Origin: Candidatus Aenigmatarchaeota archaeon
GTDB lineage: Archaea; Aenigmatarchaeota; Aenigmatarchaeia; QMZP01; QMZT01
Assembly (NCBI GenBank): GCA_003663325.1
Contig: QMZT01000001.1
Coordinates: 15,366-79,365, forward strand
Reading direction: 5' to 3'
Length of the DNA stretch: 64,000 bases
Shown: positions 27,189 through 35,533 of the stretch, in pieces
Layout of the letters: each line of letters opens with the position of its first letter
Numbering within the stretch: the stretch's first letter is position 1
Notes under the pieces: model-generated
Databases searched by the model: none
What the model was told of the DNA's origin: nothing
Seen by the model: only the letters and a program-made list of their open reading frames with translations
Translations under genes and position numbers: made by a program

Positions 27189-28502
27189 ATGAGTCTTAAA
27201 AAAATCATAGGTATCGGTGCTATTGCGGCTAGCTTGTTATTTAGCAAAGACGCAGAACTGACCATAAAAGATAAACATCTCGCTCCAAATAAAACTTCAA
27301 GTGTTGAAATGGCGTTCAGAAGATTGGACCCTTTTGTTGAGTGGTATGTTGAGCAAGATTATACAAATAAAGAAAAAGAGGGGCATGTAAGCTTGAGAAG
27401 CACGGATAAAACAGTTTGGTTTGTGCTTGCAGCCTATGATCCAGAACAAGATATAATAAAAATACCTGATTATAAAGATGAAAAGAAATGGAAAAAAGCT
27501 ATAAATGCTATACCTCATGAATTATGGCATGCACTCTCTGATTCCATAGGCAATAAAGGCCTTTTGTATTATCCTGATTATGAAGGGCCGGATATGAGAG
27601 AAATTGCGGAGTATTGCAAAGAAAAGACAAAATTGCTTAATGAAATAATAAAAAGAAAAAACAAATATGTAGATGTGTATTACGCGGTAAAAGACGTAAA
27701 CAATGCTATTGAATATTATAAAGATGTGCTGTTTTACACAGTGGAAAGTGCAAAATGGTTTAACAGAGATGTTAGGCCGTATATGGGTATAATAAAGGAG
27801 ATGGACAAAAAATTTTACCACAATATTATAGAAAGTATTAGAAGGATAAGGAAAAAACATAAAAGATTGTGGTATGCGTTTCGTGATCAGTATAAATGGG
27901 TAGGAGATATTTTACAATTAGCTGGTAAACTTGCTATCAAAAAGGATATAGAAGGCTTAACAAAAATACAGAAGGAAATAGCAGACAGCTTGCAAATTTG
28001 GGATAAAGAGTACGGGTCACTTTTATACGATGTAAAAGGATTTATAAGCAGTATTACAAAATTTTGCACCTCCAACAATTTATGTGAAGATGTGATGCTT
28101 GATGCACCTCTTCCACCTAATAGTATATATTACCGCTCTCGTGATTATATTGAAGGAGATATAGCAAGGCTTAAGTTATATGAAATTTTAGGGACCGATG
28201 AAATAATGGCAAGAATGGTAGCATCGCTTTATAACCCTTACTACGGACAACCAACCATTAATTATTTTCAGCTTACTGAAAAGGATTTGGAATTCCTTGA
28301 AAAATTTACATATAATGGTAAGCCTATTTTTAGAAAGGGCATAGAGAAATACAAGGTTGGTTTGGAAATGATAAAAGATGGTATGGACCCAAAAGATGTT
28401 AGCGAATTGCTTAGGGATGCTACACACTTTATTTATAAAGGAAAGGAGTATAATTGGCCAGAGGCGAATTTTAAGATAAAGGGCTACATACCTTATGAGT
28501 AG
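27189..28502 (+). CDS. Secreted hypothetical protein with HExxH zinc-peptidase-like motif
   Basis: Signal-like MSLKKIIGIGAIAASLLF; AAYDP...IPHELWHALSD; distal TDEIMARM. Confidence 0.55.
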   Translation: MSLKKIIGIGAIAASLLFSKDAELTIKDKHLAPNKTSSVEMAFRRLDPFVEWYVEQDYTNKEKEGHVSLRSTDKTVWFVLAAYDPEQDIIKIPDYKDEKKWKKAINAIPHELWHALSDSIGNKGLLYYPDYEGPDMREIAEYCKEKTKLLNEIIKRKNKYVDVYYAVKDVNNAIEYYKDVLFYTVESAKWFNRDVRPYMGIIKEMDKKFYHNIIESIRRIRKKHKRLWYAFRDQYKWVGDILQLAGKLAIKKDIEGLTKIQKEIADSLQIWDKEYGSLLYDVKGFISSITKFCTSNNLCEDVMLDAPLPPNSIYYRSRDYIEGDIARLKLYEILGTDEIMARMVASLYNPYYGQPTINYFQLTEKDLEFLEKFTYNGKPIFRKGIEKYKVGLEMIKDGMDPKDVSELLRDATHFIYKGKEYNWPEANFKIKGYIPYE

Positions 28503-28515
28503 TTTTATAAAATCA

Positions 28516-28600
28516 CGCTGGGGCTGGGATTTGAACCCAGAAGTCCACAAGGGACACCAGCTCTCCAGGCTGGCGCGTTACCTGGTTCCGCCACCCCAGC
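28516..28600 (-). tRNA. tRNA-Ser(GGA), intronless
   Basis: GCTGGGG/CCCCAGC acceptor; CCAGC-CT GGA GA-GCTGG; long variable arm; CTGGG-TTCAAAT-CCCAG; G discriminator. Confidence 0.96.
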
Positions 28601-28814
28601 ATAATGCTTTGCAATGATTATATATAATTTGGAATCGTTAATTTTAATTCATTTAAGATTAAAATTGTTAGTTCTATAATAATAGGAACAATATGTTTGG
28701 CTCCTATTTTCACAGCAAAAAATGCCATAATCTATACAAACTATCAATGGCCTGTTATAGCTTATTATTCCCATCGAAGCTAAATTTTTTATTAACTCTT
28801 GAAAATACATTTTT

Positions 28815-29843
28815 ATGGGCGTTAATCTAGCAGATATTGTACCATGTAGCAAGATAAAGGTTTCTGATCTAAATGGAAAAATTATCGCTATAGATGCATT
28901 CAATACCATTTATCAATTTCTAAGTATAATAAGAGACAGATTTACCGGGGAATGTTTAAGAGACAGCAGCGGGAGGATAACCAGCCATATATCCGGACTT
29001 TTTTACAGAACAGCAAAGCTTTTAGAAGAAGGGATAACACCCGTATTCGTTTTTGACGGTGAACCACCATCATTCAAGCAGAAAACGCAAGAAGAGAGGC
29101 ATATGATAAAAGAAAAGGCAAGCATAATGCTGGAAAAGGCAAGAGAGGAAGGAGATACGGAGAAGATAAGAATGTACGCACAGGCAACTGCAAAATTGAC
29201 AGAAAGTATGGTAGAGGATGCGAAAACATTGCTTAAATATATGGGGGTTCTATGCATAGATGCACCTTCTGAAGGTGAAGCACAGGCAGCGTATATTGCA
29301 AAAAAGGGAATTGCATATGCAAGTGCTAGTCAAGACTGGGATTCCTTGCTTTTTGGCACCCCACGCCTTATTAGGAATCTCGCATTGACGGGAAAAAGAA
29401 AACTTCCCAGAAAAGAAGTATACGTAGAGGTTGTTCCAGAGATGGCAGAACTTAACACCATACTCTCAACACTTTCTATAACGCACGATCAATTAATAGC
29501 ACTTTCCATACTTATAGGCACAGATTATAATCCTGGAGGGGTTAAGGGCATAGGACCAAAGAAGGCGTTAGAGATTGTGAAAAAATGCGGTGATATTGAG
29601 AAAATATTTAATCAAGTTGAATGGGATTTCGATGTAAGCGCAATGGACATATTTAACTTCTTTAAAAACCCGCCTGTTATTGATTGTGATATTACAAAAA
29701 CACAACCAGACTTTGACAGCCTAAAAGAATTCATGCTACAACATGATTTTTCTGAAGAAAGGGTTGATAAAGTAATAAATGCACTAGAATCCTTGAAAGG
29801 TGAAAGGCAAGAGGATCTTAGCAAATGGTTTGCGAAAAAATGA
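28815..29843 (+). CDS. fen: Flap endonuclease 1
   Basis: MGVNL, IDAFNTIYQFL, APSEGEAQAA, SQDWDSLLFG, GTDYNPGG, C-terminal PIP box QEDLSKWF. Confidence 0.97.
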   Translation: MGVNLADIVPCSKIKVSDLNGKIIAIDAFNTIYQFLSIIRDRFTGECLRDSSGRITSHISGLFYRTAKLLEEGITPVFVFDGEPPSFKQKTQEERHMIKEKASIMLEKAREEGDTEKIRMYAQATAKLTESMVEDAKTLLKYMGVLCIDAPSEGEAQAAYIAKKGIAYASASQDWDSLLFGTPRLIRNLALTGKRKLPRKEVYVEVVPEMAELNTILSTLSITHDQLIALSILIGTDYNPGGVKGIGPKKALEIVKKCGDIEKIFNQVEWDFDVSAMDIFNFFKNPPVIDCDITKTQPDFDSLKEFMLQHDFSEERVDKVINALESLKGERQEDLSKWFAKK

Positions 29844-30457
29844 TAGACAGGCTGTATGTGCTACAATTGGAAAGAGGTTTTTTTACACCGCGTTTAGCTT
29901 CAAAAATGCTATGCATAGCTAAGAGTGATGCCAAAAAAATGATAAGGGAAATGCTAGACAAGGGCTTTGTAAGAGAGGTAGAAGGAAAGAAAGGGCGTTA
30001 CATGCTTAGTAAAAAAGGGAGAAAGATGGTAAGGGTTGGTTTAACCGGTGGTTGCTTTGATATTTTGCATGCTGGCCATATAAAAATGCTTGAATCAGCA
30101 AAAAAGTTATGCGATGTGCTTGTTGTAGTTATTGCAAGCGATGAAACCATTATTAAAGAAAAAAACAGGCAGGCTGTGTTTGATGAGAAAGAGAGAAAGA
30201 TGCTTGTAGGCGCTATTAAATATGTTGATTTCGTTATTATCGGGAGCAAGAGCATGAATATTAAATCTGTTATAGAAAGGGTAAAGCCAGACATTATCAT
30301 ATTTGGTAAGGATCAAAAAAAGCTTGAAGAGCGTGTTAAAGAATTAATACCAAGGCTTAAAATTAAACCAAAGATAAAGAGGATTGGTACGTGGGTTAAG
30401 GGTAAAAAAAGCAGTAAAATAAGAAGTTGGTTAGCAAAACTTAATTCAGCATATTAG
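29840..30457 (+). CDS. Cytidylyltransferase-family (FAD synthetase RibL-like) protein with N-terminal winged HTH
   Basis: GGCFDILHAGH (HxGH), KPDIIIFGKDQ, SSKI; ~65-aa wHTH-like N-terminus. Confidence 0.75.
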   Translation: MIDRLYVLQLERGFFTPRLASKMLCIAKSDAKKMIREMLDKGFVREVEGKKGRYMLSKKGRKMVRVGLTGGCFDILHAGHIKMLESAKKLCDVLVVVIASDETIIKEKNRQAVFDEKERKMLVGAIKYVDFVIIGSKSMNIKSVIERVKPDIIIFGKDQKKLEERVKELIPRLKIKPKIKRIGTWVKGKKSSKIRSWLAKLNSAY

Positions 30458-31170
30458 ATTGGGAGGAACAAAATAAATATAACAAGCACGGGCTGGTGTA
30501 TGAAATAGATCAAAAGGGAATGTCTGCCAGCCATGCATATAGCACTTAAAACCTTACTATCCCTGTTCTTAATACCAAACTGTCTTTTACCATCCCTGTA
30601 AAAAACTGTTCCAAGAAACATGCCAAAGAATACAACGCCTAACCAAGGAAATAACGGGAAGTAGTCAAATGTTTTTATATTAGCACTAGCGCCGGCAAAA
30701 GAAAAAAGCGGAGCATGGATGTTCATTAAAGGCAGGCTTATTAGGAAGGATATTAAGGTAAATAGGAGATAAACTACTGGCTTTGCTTTAATTCTCAAAG
30801 CGAGATAGGATAGCAGGGTAGCTGTACTAAAGAAATGTAATATGCCAAAAAAGATAAACTCTTGGGGAAACGCAAGAAATGTAATGATGGTTATAATGCT
30901 TGCATAACCCAGAAGCTTCACTGACCTGCGTATATATTTAAGACATAACTCCTTGCCTTTTAATCTCTTTGAGGCTCTTGCGTAGCTTATTGTCATCGAT
31001 ATGCCAAACAAGATTATGAAAAGACTGGCAATAAAAAATGCAATATAGCTTAATGGCTCATCAATATAGGTGCCATGTTTGAAATAGGTTATATCAAAGG
31101 CTGCATGAAAACCTATCATTAAGATAACCGCAATGCCTCTTGCAAAATCTATCTCCCAAAACCTTTTCAT
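30454..31170 (-). CDS. DUF1624/HGSNAT-like membrane acyltransferase
   Basis: RFWEIDFARGIAVILMIGFH, FGILH, DYFPLFPW, GRHSLLIYFIHQP. Confidence 0.88.
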   Translation of the reverse strand: MKRFWEIDFARGIAVILMIGFHAAFDITYFKHGTYIDEPLSYIAFFIASLFIILFGISMTISYARASKRLKGKELCLKYIRRSVKLLGYASIITIITFLAFPQEFIFFGILHFFSTATLLSYLALRIKAKPVVYLLFTLISFLISLPLMNIHAPLFSFAGASANIKTFDYFPLFPWLGVVFFGMFLGTVFYRDGKRQFGIKNRDSKVLSAICMAGRHSLLIYFIHQPVLVIFILFLPI

Positions 31171-31213
31171 ACTATTCTTTTTATTTATTCCTTTAGGATT
31201 ATTATTAAGTGGT

Positions 31214-32230
31214 ATGGAAAAAAGATTGGAAGATGCAAGTGTAATTGCTAACTCGATCAGAGAGAACATAGAGAGAAGGCTTTATACATTAGATTTTGAT
31301 GTACAGTGTCATTTTGCAACGAGGATGTATAGAGTAACGGGTGATAAATCTTATACGAAGCCCATAGTTGCGTGGTTTTTGGCTGAGAAAGAAAAGCTCC
31401 TTACTGATTTAAAAAATGCAAGCAGCAAGAGGTATGTTAGCAATCGTTCTGAGGAATTATTCGAAGAGTATAAAATGAGAGTGAAGAGAAAGGCAGGAAG
31501 AGATGTGAAGGAGGTAAAAAGAATAAAGCTGTTCAGCACAAGAAAAGAGTCTCTCTTTTACTACAGGATTATTGAGAACCTGTACTTTTTGAAAAATTTT
31601 GGACTTTCTAAAGGAAAGCTGGGATGTGCATTTAAAAGGGGTTTAACATTTCTTAGAAATAGAAAAGATGAGATAAAGAATTATATATTTGAGGACAGCG
31701 CGATAAAATACTATGGAACACAATTAATCAATCAGGTTAATTATCTAAAATTCTTGGGAGTAGTGGATGTTATACCCAGCTTTGAGAACAAATTTATCAA
31801 AATGTTTATGAAAAGGAAAAGGCTACCTGATTATATGTATAGGAATAAAATTTATGGGCTGACGCATTTTATAATCGCAGACTCAGATTATTATCAAAGG
31901 TTCGCATCCAAAAGATTTATGTGGATAATCGATTATTTTAGAAATAACATAGGTGAAATAATTGGCAAGACAAATGCTGATATAATCTCAGAGGTTGGGC
32001 TGTGTTTTAAGCTCATGAGAGTAAAAGATAGAAAGGTATTCAAGCTTGTTACAAACTATCTTTTAAATGCCTATGATGGTAAAATAGGGTATATACCGCG
32101 AGATGATAGCAAGGATCTAAATATAGCTGAGCATACCAATATAGTTGCCTTTTTGTTTTTGCACAATTTCAGAAGGTTTTATAAAGGTCCTGATATAAGA
32201 AATATTGTAGAGCAATTCATAACACCATAA
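31214..32230 (+). CDS. DUF3541-like protein
   Basis: HFATRMYR, IYGLTHFIIADSDYYQ, DIISEVGLCF and EHTN recalled as DUF3541-like. Confidence 0.65.
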   Translation: MEKRLEDASVIANSIRENIERRLYTLDFDVQCHFATRMYRVTGDKSYTKPIVAWFLAEKEKLLTDLKNASSKRYVSNRSEELFEEYKMRVKRKAGRDVKEVKRIKLFSTRKESLFYYRIIENLYFLKNFGLSKGKLGCAFKRGLTFLRNRKDEIKNYIFEDSAIKYYGTQLINQVNYLKFLGVVDVIPSFENKFIKMFMKRKRLPDYMYRNKIYGLTHFIIADSDYYQRFASKRFMWIIDYFRNNIGEIIGKTNADIISEVGLCFKLMRVKDRKVFKLVTNYLLNAYDGKIGYIPRDDSKDLNIAEHTNIVAFLFLHNFRRFYKGPDIRNIVEQFITP

Positions 32231-32239
32231 CAAGAAATT

Positions 32240-32524
32240 TTGGTGGTAAAAGTGATGGAAGAGCTTTATACTGAGTTGCTAACCCGTAATTATTTAGGTA
32301 CGATGCTTGACCCGTATTTTTGGAGAGAAGATGTTAAGGATTATGAAAAGGCCACGCGTCTCGAATATGTTGGTAGAAAGGCAGAGAGGGAAGGGTATGG
32401 TGATGTAGCAACCATGCTGTATGTAAAAGCAATTCAATATTATGAAAAGGCTGGTTGGTTTGGTAGTGCGTTGCAATTAAGAAGAAAGATACTTGGGCAC
32501 AAAAATAAAAGGGTTAAAGGTTAA
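32240..32524 (+). CDS. Hypothetical protein (short TPR-like helices)
   Basis: ORF fills the gap on the operon strand; AIQYYEKAG pattern. Confidence 0.5.
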   Translation: MVVKVMEELYTELLTRNYLGTMLDPYFWREDVKDYEKATRLEYVGRKAEREGYGDVATMLYVKAIQYYEKAGWFGSALQLRRKILGHKNKRVKG

Positions 32525-32534
32525 TTAAATTTTA

Positions 32535-33353
32535 ATGATAAACTATTACTTTTCCCTTATGAGGATAAAAAATTGGAGAGCCTATTTATTAATATCTATT
32601 CTCGGCTTCTTGCTATCTTTTGGATATACCAATGATATTATAAAGATTACAGCCTTTTTTATAGCCGTTTCACTATACCTTGGATTTAGTTTTTCAATCA
32701 ATGAATGCTTTGACACTAGCGAGGACAGGCTAAAAGGTACAAAGAACCCGATAGCGCTGGGTAAAATAAAATTTGAACATGGATTGTGCTTTTCTGGCAT
32801 ACTTGCAATACTTGGCTTGAGCTTGGCTGCGGTGTTTGGAATGAACGCATTTCTGTTTTACTTAACAATGATATTGCTTTCACTTGCTTATTCTTCAAAA
32901 CCACTGAGACTAAAATCTAGATTCATTTTGGATCTCTTATCCCATGGCTTGTTTTTCGGAGCATTCCTTTTCATTTTTCCTTTTATTGTGTTTAGCAAAG
33001 CCATAAACATAATACATTATCTTATAATGCTTGTAATATTTTATTTCTCAATCATACTTGAGCTGAGAAATCATATAAGCGACTTCGACTATGATAGGCG
33101 TGCTGGATTAAAGACAAGCGCATGCGTACTAGGTAAAGATAAAAGTATAAAGGTATTAAGGTTTTTATTCATGCTGTATCCATTATCCTTGCTTCCTATC
33201 TTTTTGCTTACCAATCTTTATTATCTATTTTTTGTTCTAGCTAGCACTCTATATTTGCTTTTGTTTTTATTTAAGGATAGATACATTATAATAGATATAT
33301 ATACCAACATCTCACTATTCCTTATAATGTTGAAACTGGTAGTGATAAGATGA
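32535..33353 (+). CDS. UbiA family prenyltransferase
   Basis: NECFDTSED, NPIALG, YSSKPLRLK, DFDYDRRAGLKT. Confidence 0.88.
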   Translation: MINYYFSLMRIKNWRAYLLISILGFLLSFGYTNDIIKITAFFIAVSLYLGFSFSINECFDTSEDRLKGTKNPIALGKIKFEHGLCFSGILAILGLSLAAVFGMNAFLFYLTMILLSLAYSSKPLRLKSRFILDLLSHGLFFGAFLFIFPFIVFSKAINIIHYLIMLVIFYFSIILELRNHISDFDYDRRAGLKTSACVLGKDKSIKVLRFLFMLYPLSLLPIFLLTNLYYLFFVLASTLYLLLFLFKDRYIIIDIYTNISLFLIMLKLVVIR

Positions 33354-34438
33354 GGATAGCAATATGTAGTGATTATTTTTATCCTAAGATTGGAGGTATA
33401 ACAACACATATAGAACAGCTAGCAAAATGTATGGAAAAGAGGGGGCATGAAGTGATAATAGTTACGAAAAAAGCTGATTATGATGACGAGGTGCATGGGC
33501 TGAACGTAGTAAGAATAAATTCCATATTCAGAACATCCAAAACCATCGATATACCAAATACCAAGGAATTAAAGAATGCGTTGGAATCGGTTAAGCCAGA
33601 TATAATTCACGCACACCATGCATTCTCTCCAATCTCACTTCTTGCTTTAAGTATAGGAAAGAAGATGGGAATAAAAACTGTTCTAACCAATCATTCAATA
33701 CAATTTCTTTATGATTTTGATTATCTTTGGAGACCATCCTCATACATACTCTTTCCCTATAGAGAGTATATAAAGAATGCAGACAAAATCATAGCTGTTA
33801 GTAACGCTGCAGCAGAGTTTATATCCCACTTTACAGATAAGAAAATACATATCATACCAAATGGGATAGATATTGCAAACTTTTCTGTGAAAAGAAAGGT
33901 ATTTGATGGGAAGAGCGTGTTATTTGTAGGAAGGTTCGTATACAGAAAGGGTATACATATATTGCTAGAGGCAATGTCACATGTTCTCAAAAAGCAAGAT
34001 GCGAAGCTAACACTTGTTGGAAGCGGCTATCTTAAACACATTATAAAGCTCTTCGTAAGAGCATTTAATTTAGGCAAGAACGTTAAAATAATGGAAAATA
34101 TTCCAAAGGAAGAATTAATAAAAATATATAGAAAAGCTCATGTGTTTGTAATGCCATCCATATATGGCGAGTCCTTTGGTATCGTTTTGCTTGAGGCCAT
34201 GGCAACAAAAACGCCTATAGTTGCATATAATCAAGGAGGGATAGGCGAGATTATAGAGAGTGGTGTTACAGGTATACTTGTGAAAAAAGAAAGCGTTGAA
34301 GAGATGGCTAAAAATATCTTGCTTCTTCTAAATAACAAAGATCTTGCAAGGAAAATAGCCAGCAATGCATTTAAGGCTGTGAAAAGATATGATTGGAACG
34401 TTATTGCAGAGGAGATAGAGAACGTGTATGAGGGGTAG
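33350..34438 (+). CDS. Glycosyltransferase family 4
   Basis: SDYFYPKIGG, IPNGID, FVGRFVYRKG, ESFGIVLLEAMA. Confidence 0.93.
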   Translation: MRIAICSDYFYPKIGGITTHIEQLAKCMEKRGHEVIIVTKKADYDDEVHGLNVVRINSIFRTSKTIDIPNTKELKNALESVKPDIIHAHHAFSPISLLALSIGKKMGIKTVLTNHSIQFLYDFDYLWRPSSYILFPYREYIKNADKIIAVSNAAAEFISHFTDKKIHIIPNGIDIANFSVKRKVFDGKSVLFVGRFVYRKGIHILLEAMSHVLKKQDAKLTLVGSGYLKHIIKLFVRAFNLGKNVKIMENIPKEELIKIYRKAHVFVMPSIYGESFGIVLLEAMATKTPIVAYNQGGIGEIIESGVTGILVKKESVEEMAKNILLLLNNKDLARKIASNAFKAVKRYDWNVIAEEIENVYEG

Positions 34439-35531
34439 AGTGATAAGTGTTATTATACCGGTTTATAAGGAATCCCCCTACCTAGAGAAACTTATAAAAT
34501 GCCTTTCAGCCCAGCATGCGGATAAGGAAATTATTGTTATAATAGATGAACCAACGAAGGCCTCTCTTGAGCTCGTTAATAAATTCAAGGAAATAAAATT
34601 CATTTTAAATCGCAAAAGAATGGGAAAGGTGGCTGCATTAAACAAAGCGGCAAAAATCACAAGAGGAGAGATACTGCTTTTTCTTGATGCAGATGTAGAG
34701 ATAAATGATAATGAGTTTTTGAAAAAATTGGAATTGGAAATGAGGGATGCAGAGTTCATAGATATTAAAAAGGTTGTTGTCAAGGATTCATTCTTATCGA
34801 GAATGACATACTATGAATACCTTGGCTTTAACATAGGCTCGTACCTCCTTTCCCGTTTCCTAAGAAAGTGTCCAGCTGTTAATGGTTCTGCATTTGCCGT
34901 AAAAAGGTATGTGTTTGAGAAAATAGGGGGTTTTAGAAAGGTTATAGTAGAGGATGTAGATATAGCAACAAGGGCATTTGTTAATGGATACGCATTCAAA
35001 TACTTACCCAATATTCATGTTTACAATCACGTACCTAAGACATGGTGGGCGTGGATAGAGCAAAGAAAAAGATGGTCTATAGGGACTGCCCTTTGGTTCA
35101 GAGAGTGGTATAAAGAAATGATAGGCATCGCTATAAAAAAACCAGAAATAGTCTTACCAGCTTTGCTTTTTGTTTTTCCAGCCGTTGTTATAGTAATCGT
35201 CAATATTTTCATACCTAATTTATGGGTTTACAAACTACTATCGTTGGTGTTTATTTTCTTTGCCATAAAGTTTAACATTATGTTTCCCTTGCTTATGTTA
35301 ACAACCGTGGGTATTAATATTGTAAAGAATTTATTTATCTTGCTTGCGAGCTTTCTTTTCTTCGCTTTCCTCTTCTTTTATTTCTCACGAAGGCTTGGCT
35401 TTCACTTTAATTTACAGGAATTTCTTCTCTACTATATGTTCTATTCAATTCTCTCGCTTTTCATACTTATTGTTGGCTTTATGAGTGTGTTTATATTGAG
35501 GAAAAGTAAGATAGAAGGATGGAAAGTTTAG
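34428..35531 (+). CDS. Glycosyltransferase family 2 with C-terminal TM helices
   Basis: SVIIPVY, GKVAALN, FLDAD, VED, QRKRW. Confidence 0.92.
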   Translation: MRGRVISVIIPVYKESPYLEKLIKCLSAQHADKEIIVIIDEPTKASLELVNKFKEIKFILNRKRMGKVAALNKAAKITRGEILLFLDADVEINDNEFLKKLELEMRDAEFIDIKKVVVKDSFLSRMTYYEYLGFNIGSYLLSRFLRKCPAVNGSAFAVKRYVFEKIGGFRKVIVEDVDIATRAFVNGYAFKYLPNIHVYNHVPKTWWAWIEQRKRWSIGTALWFREWYKEMIGIAIKKPEIVLPALLFVFPAVVIVIVNIFIPNLWVYKLLSLVFIFFAIKFNIMFPLLMLTTVGINIVKNLFILLASFLFFAFLFFYFSRRLGFHFNLQEFLLYYMFYSILSLFILIVGFMSVFILRKSKIEGWKV

Positions 35532-35533
35532 TA

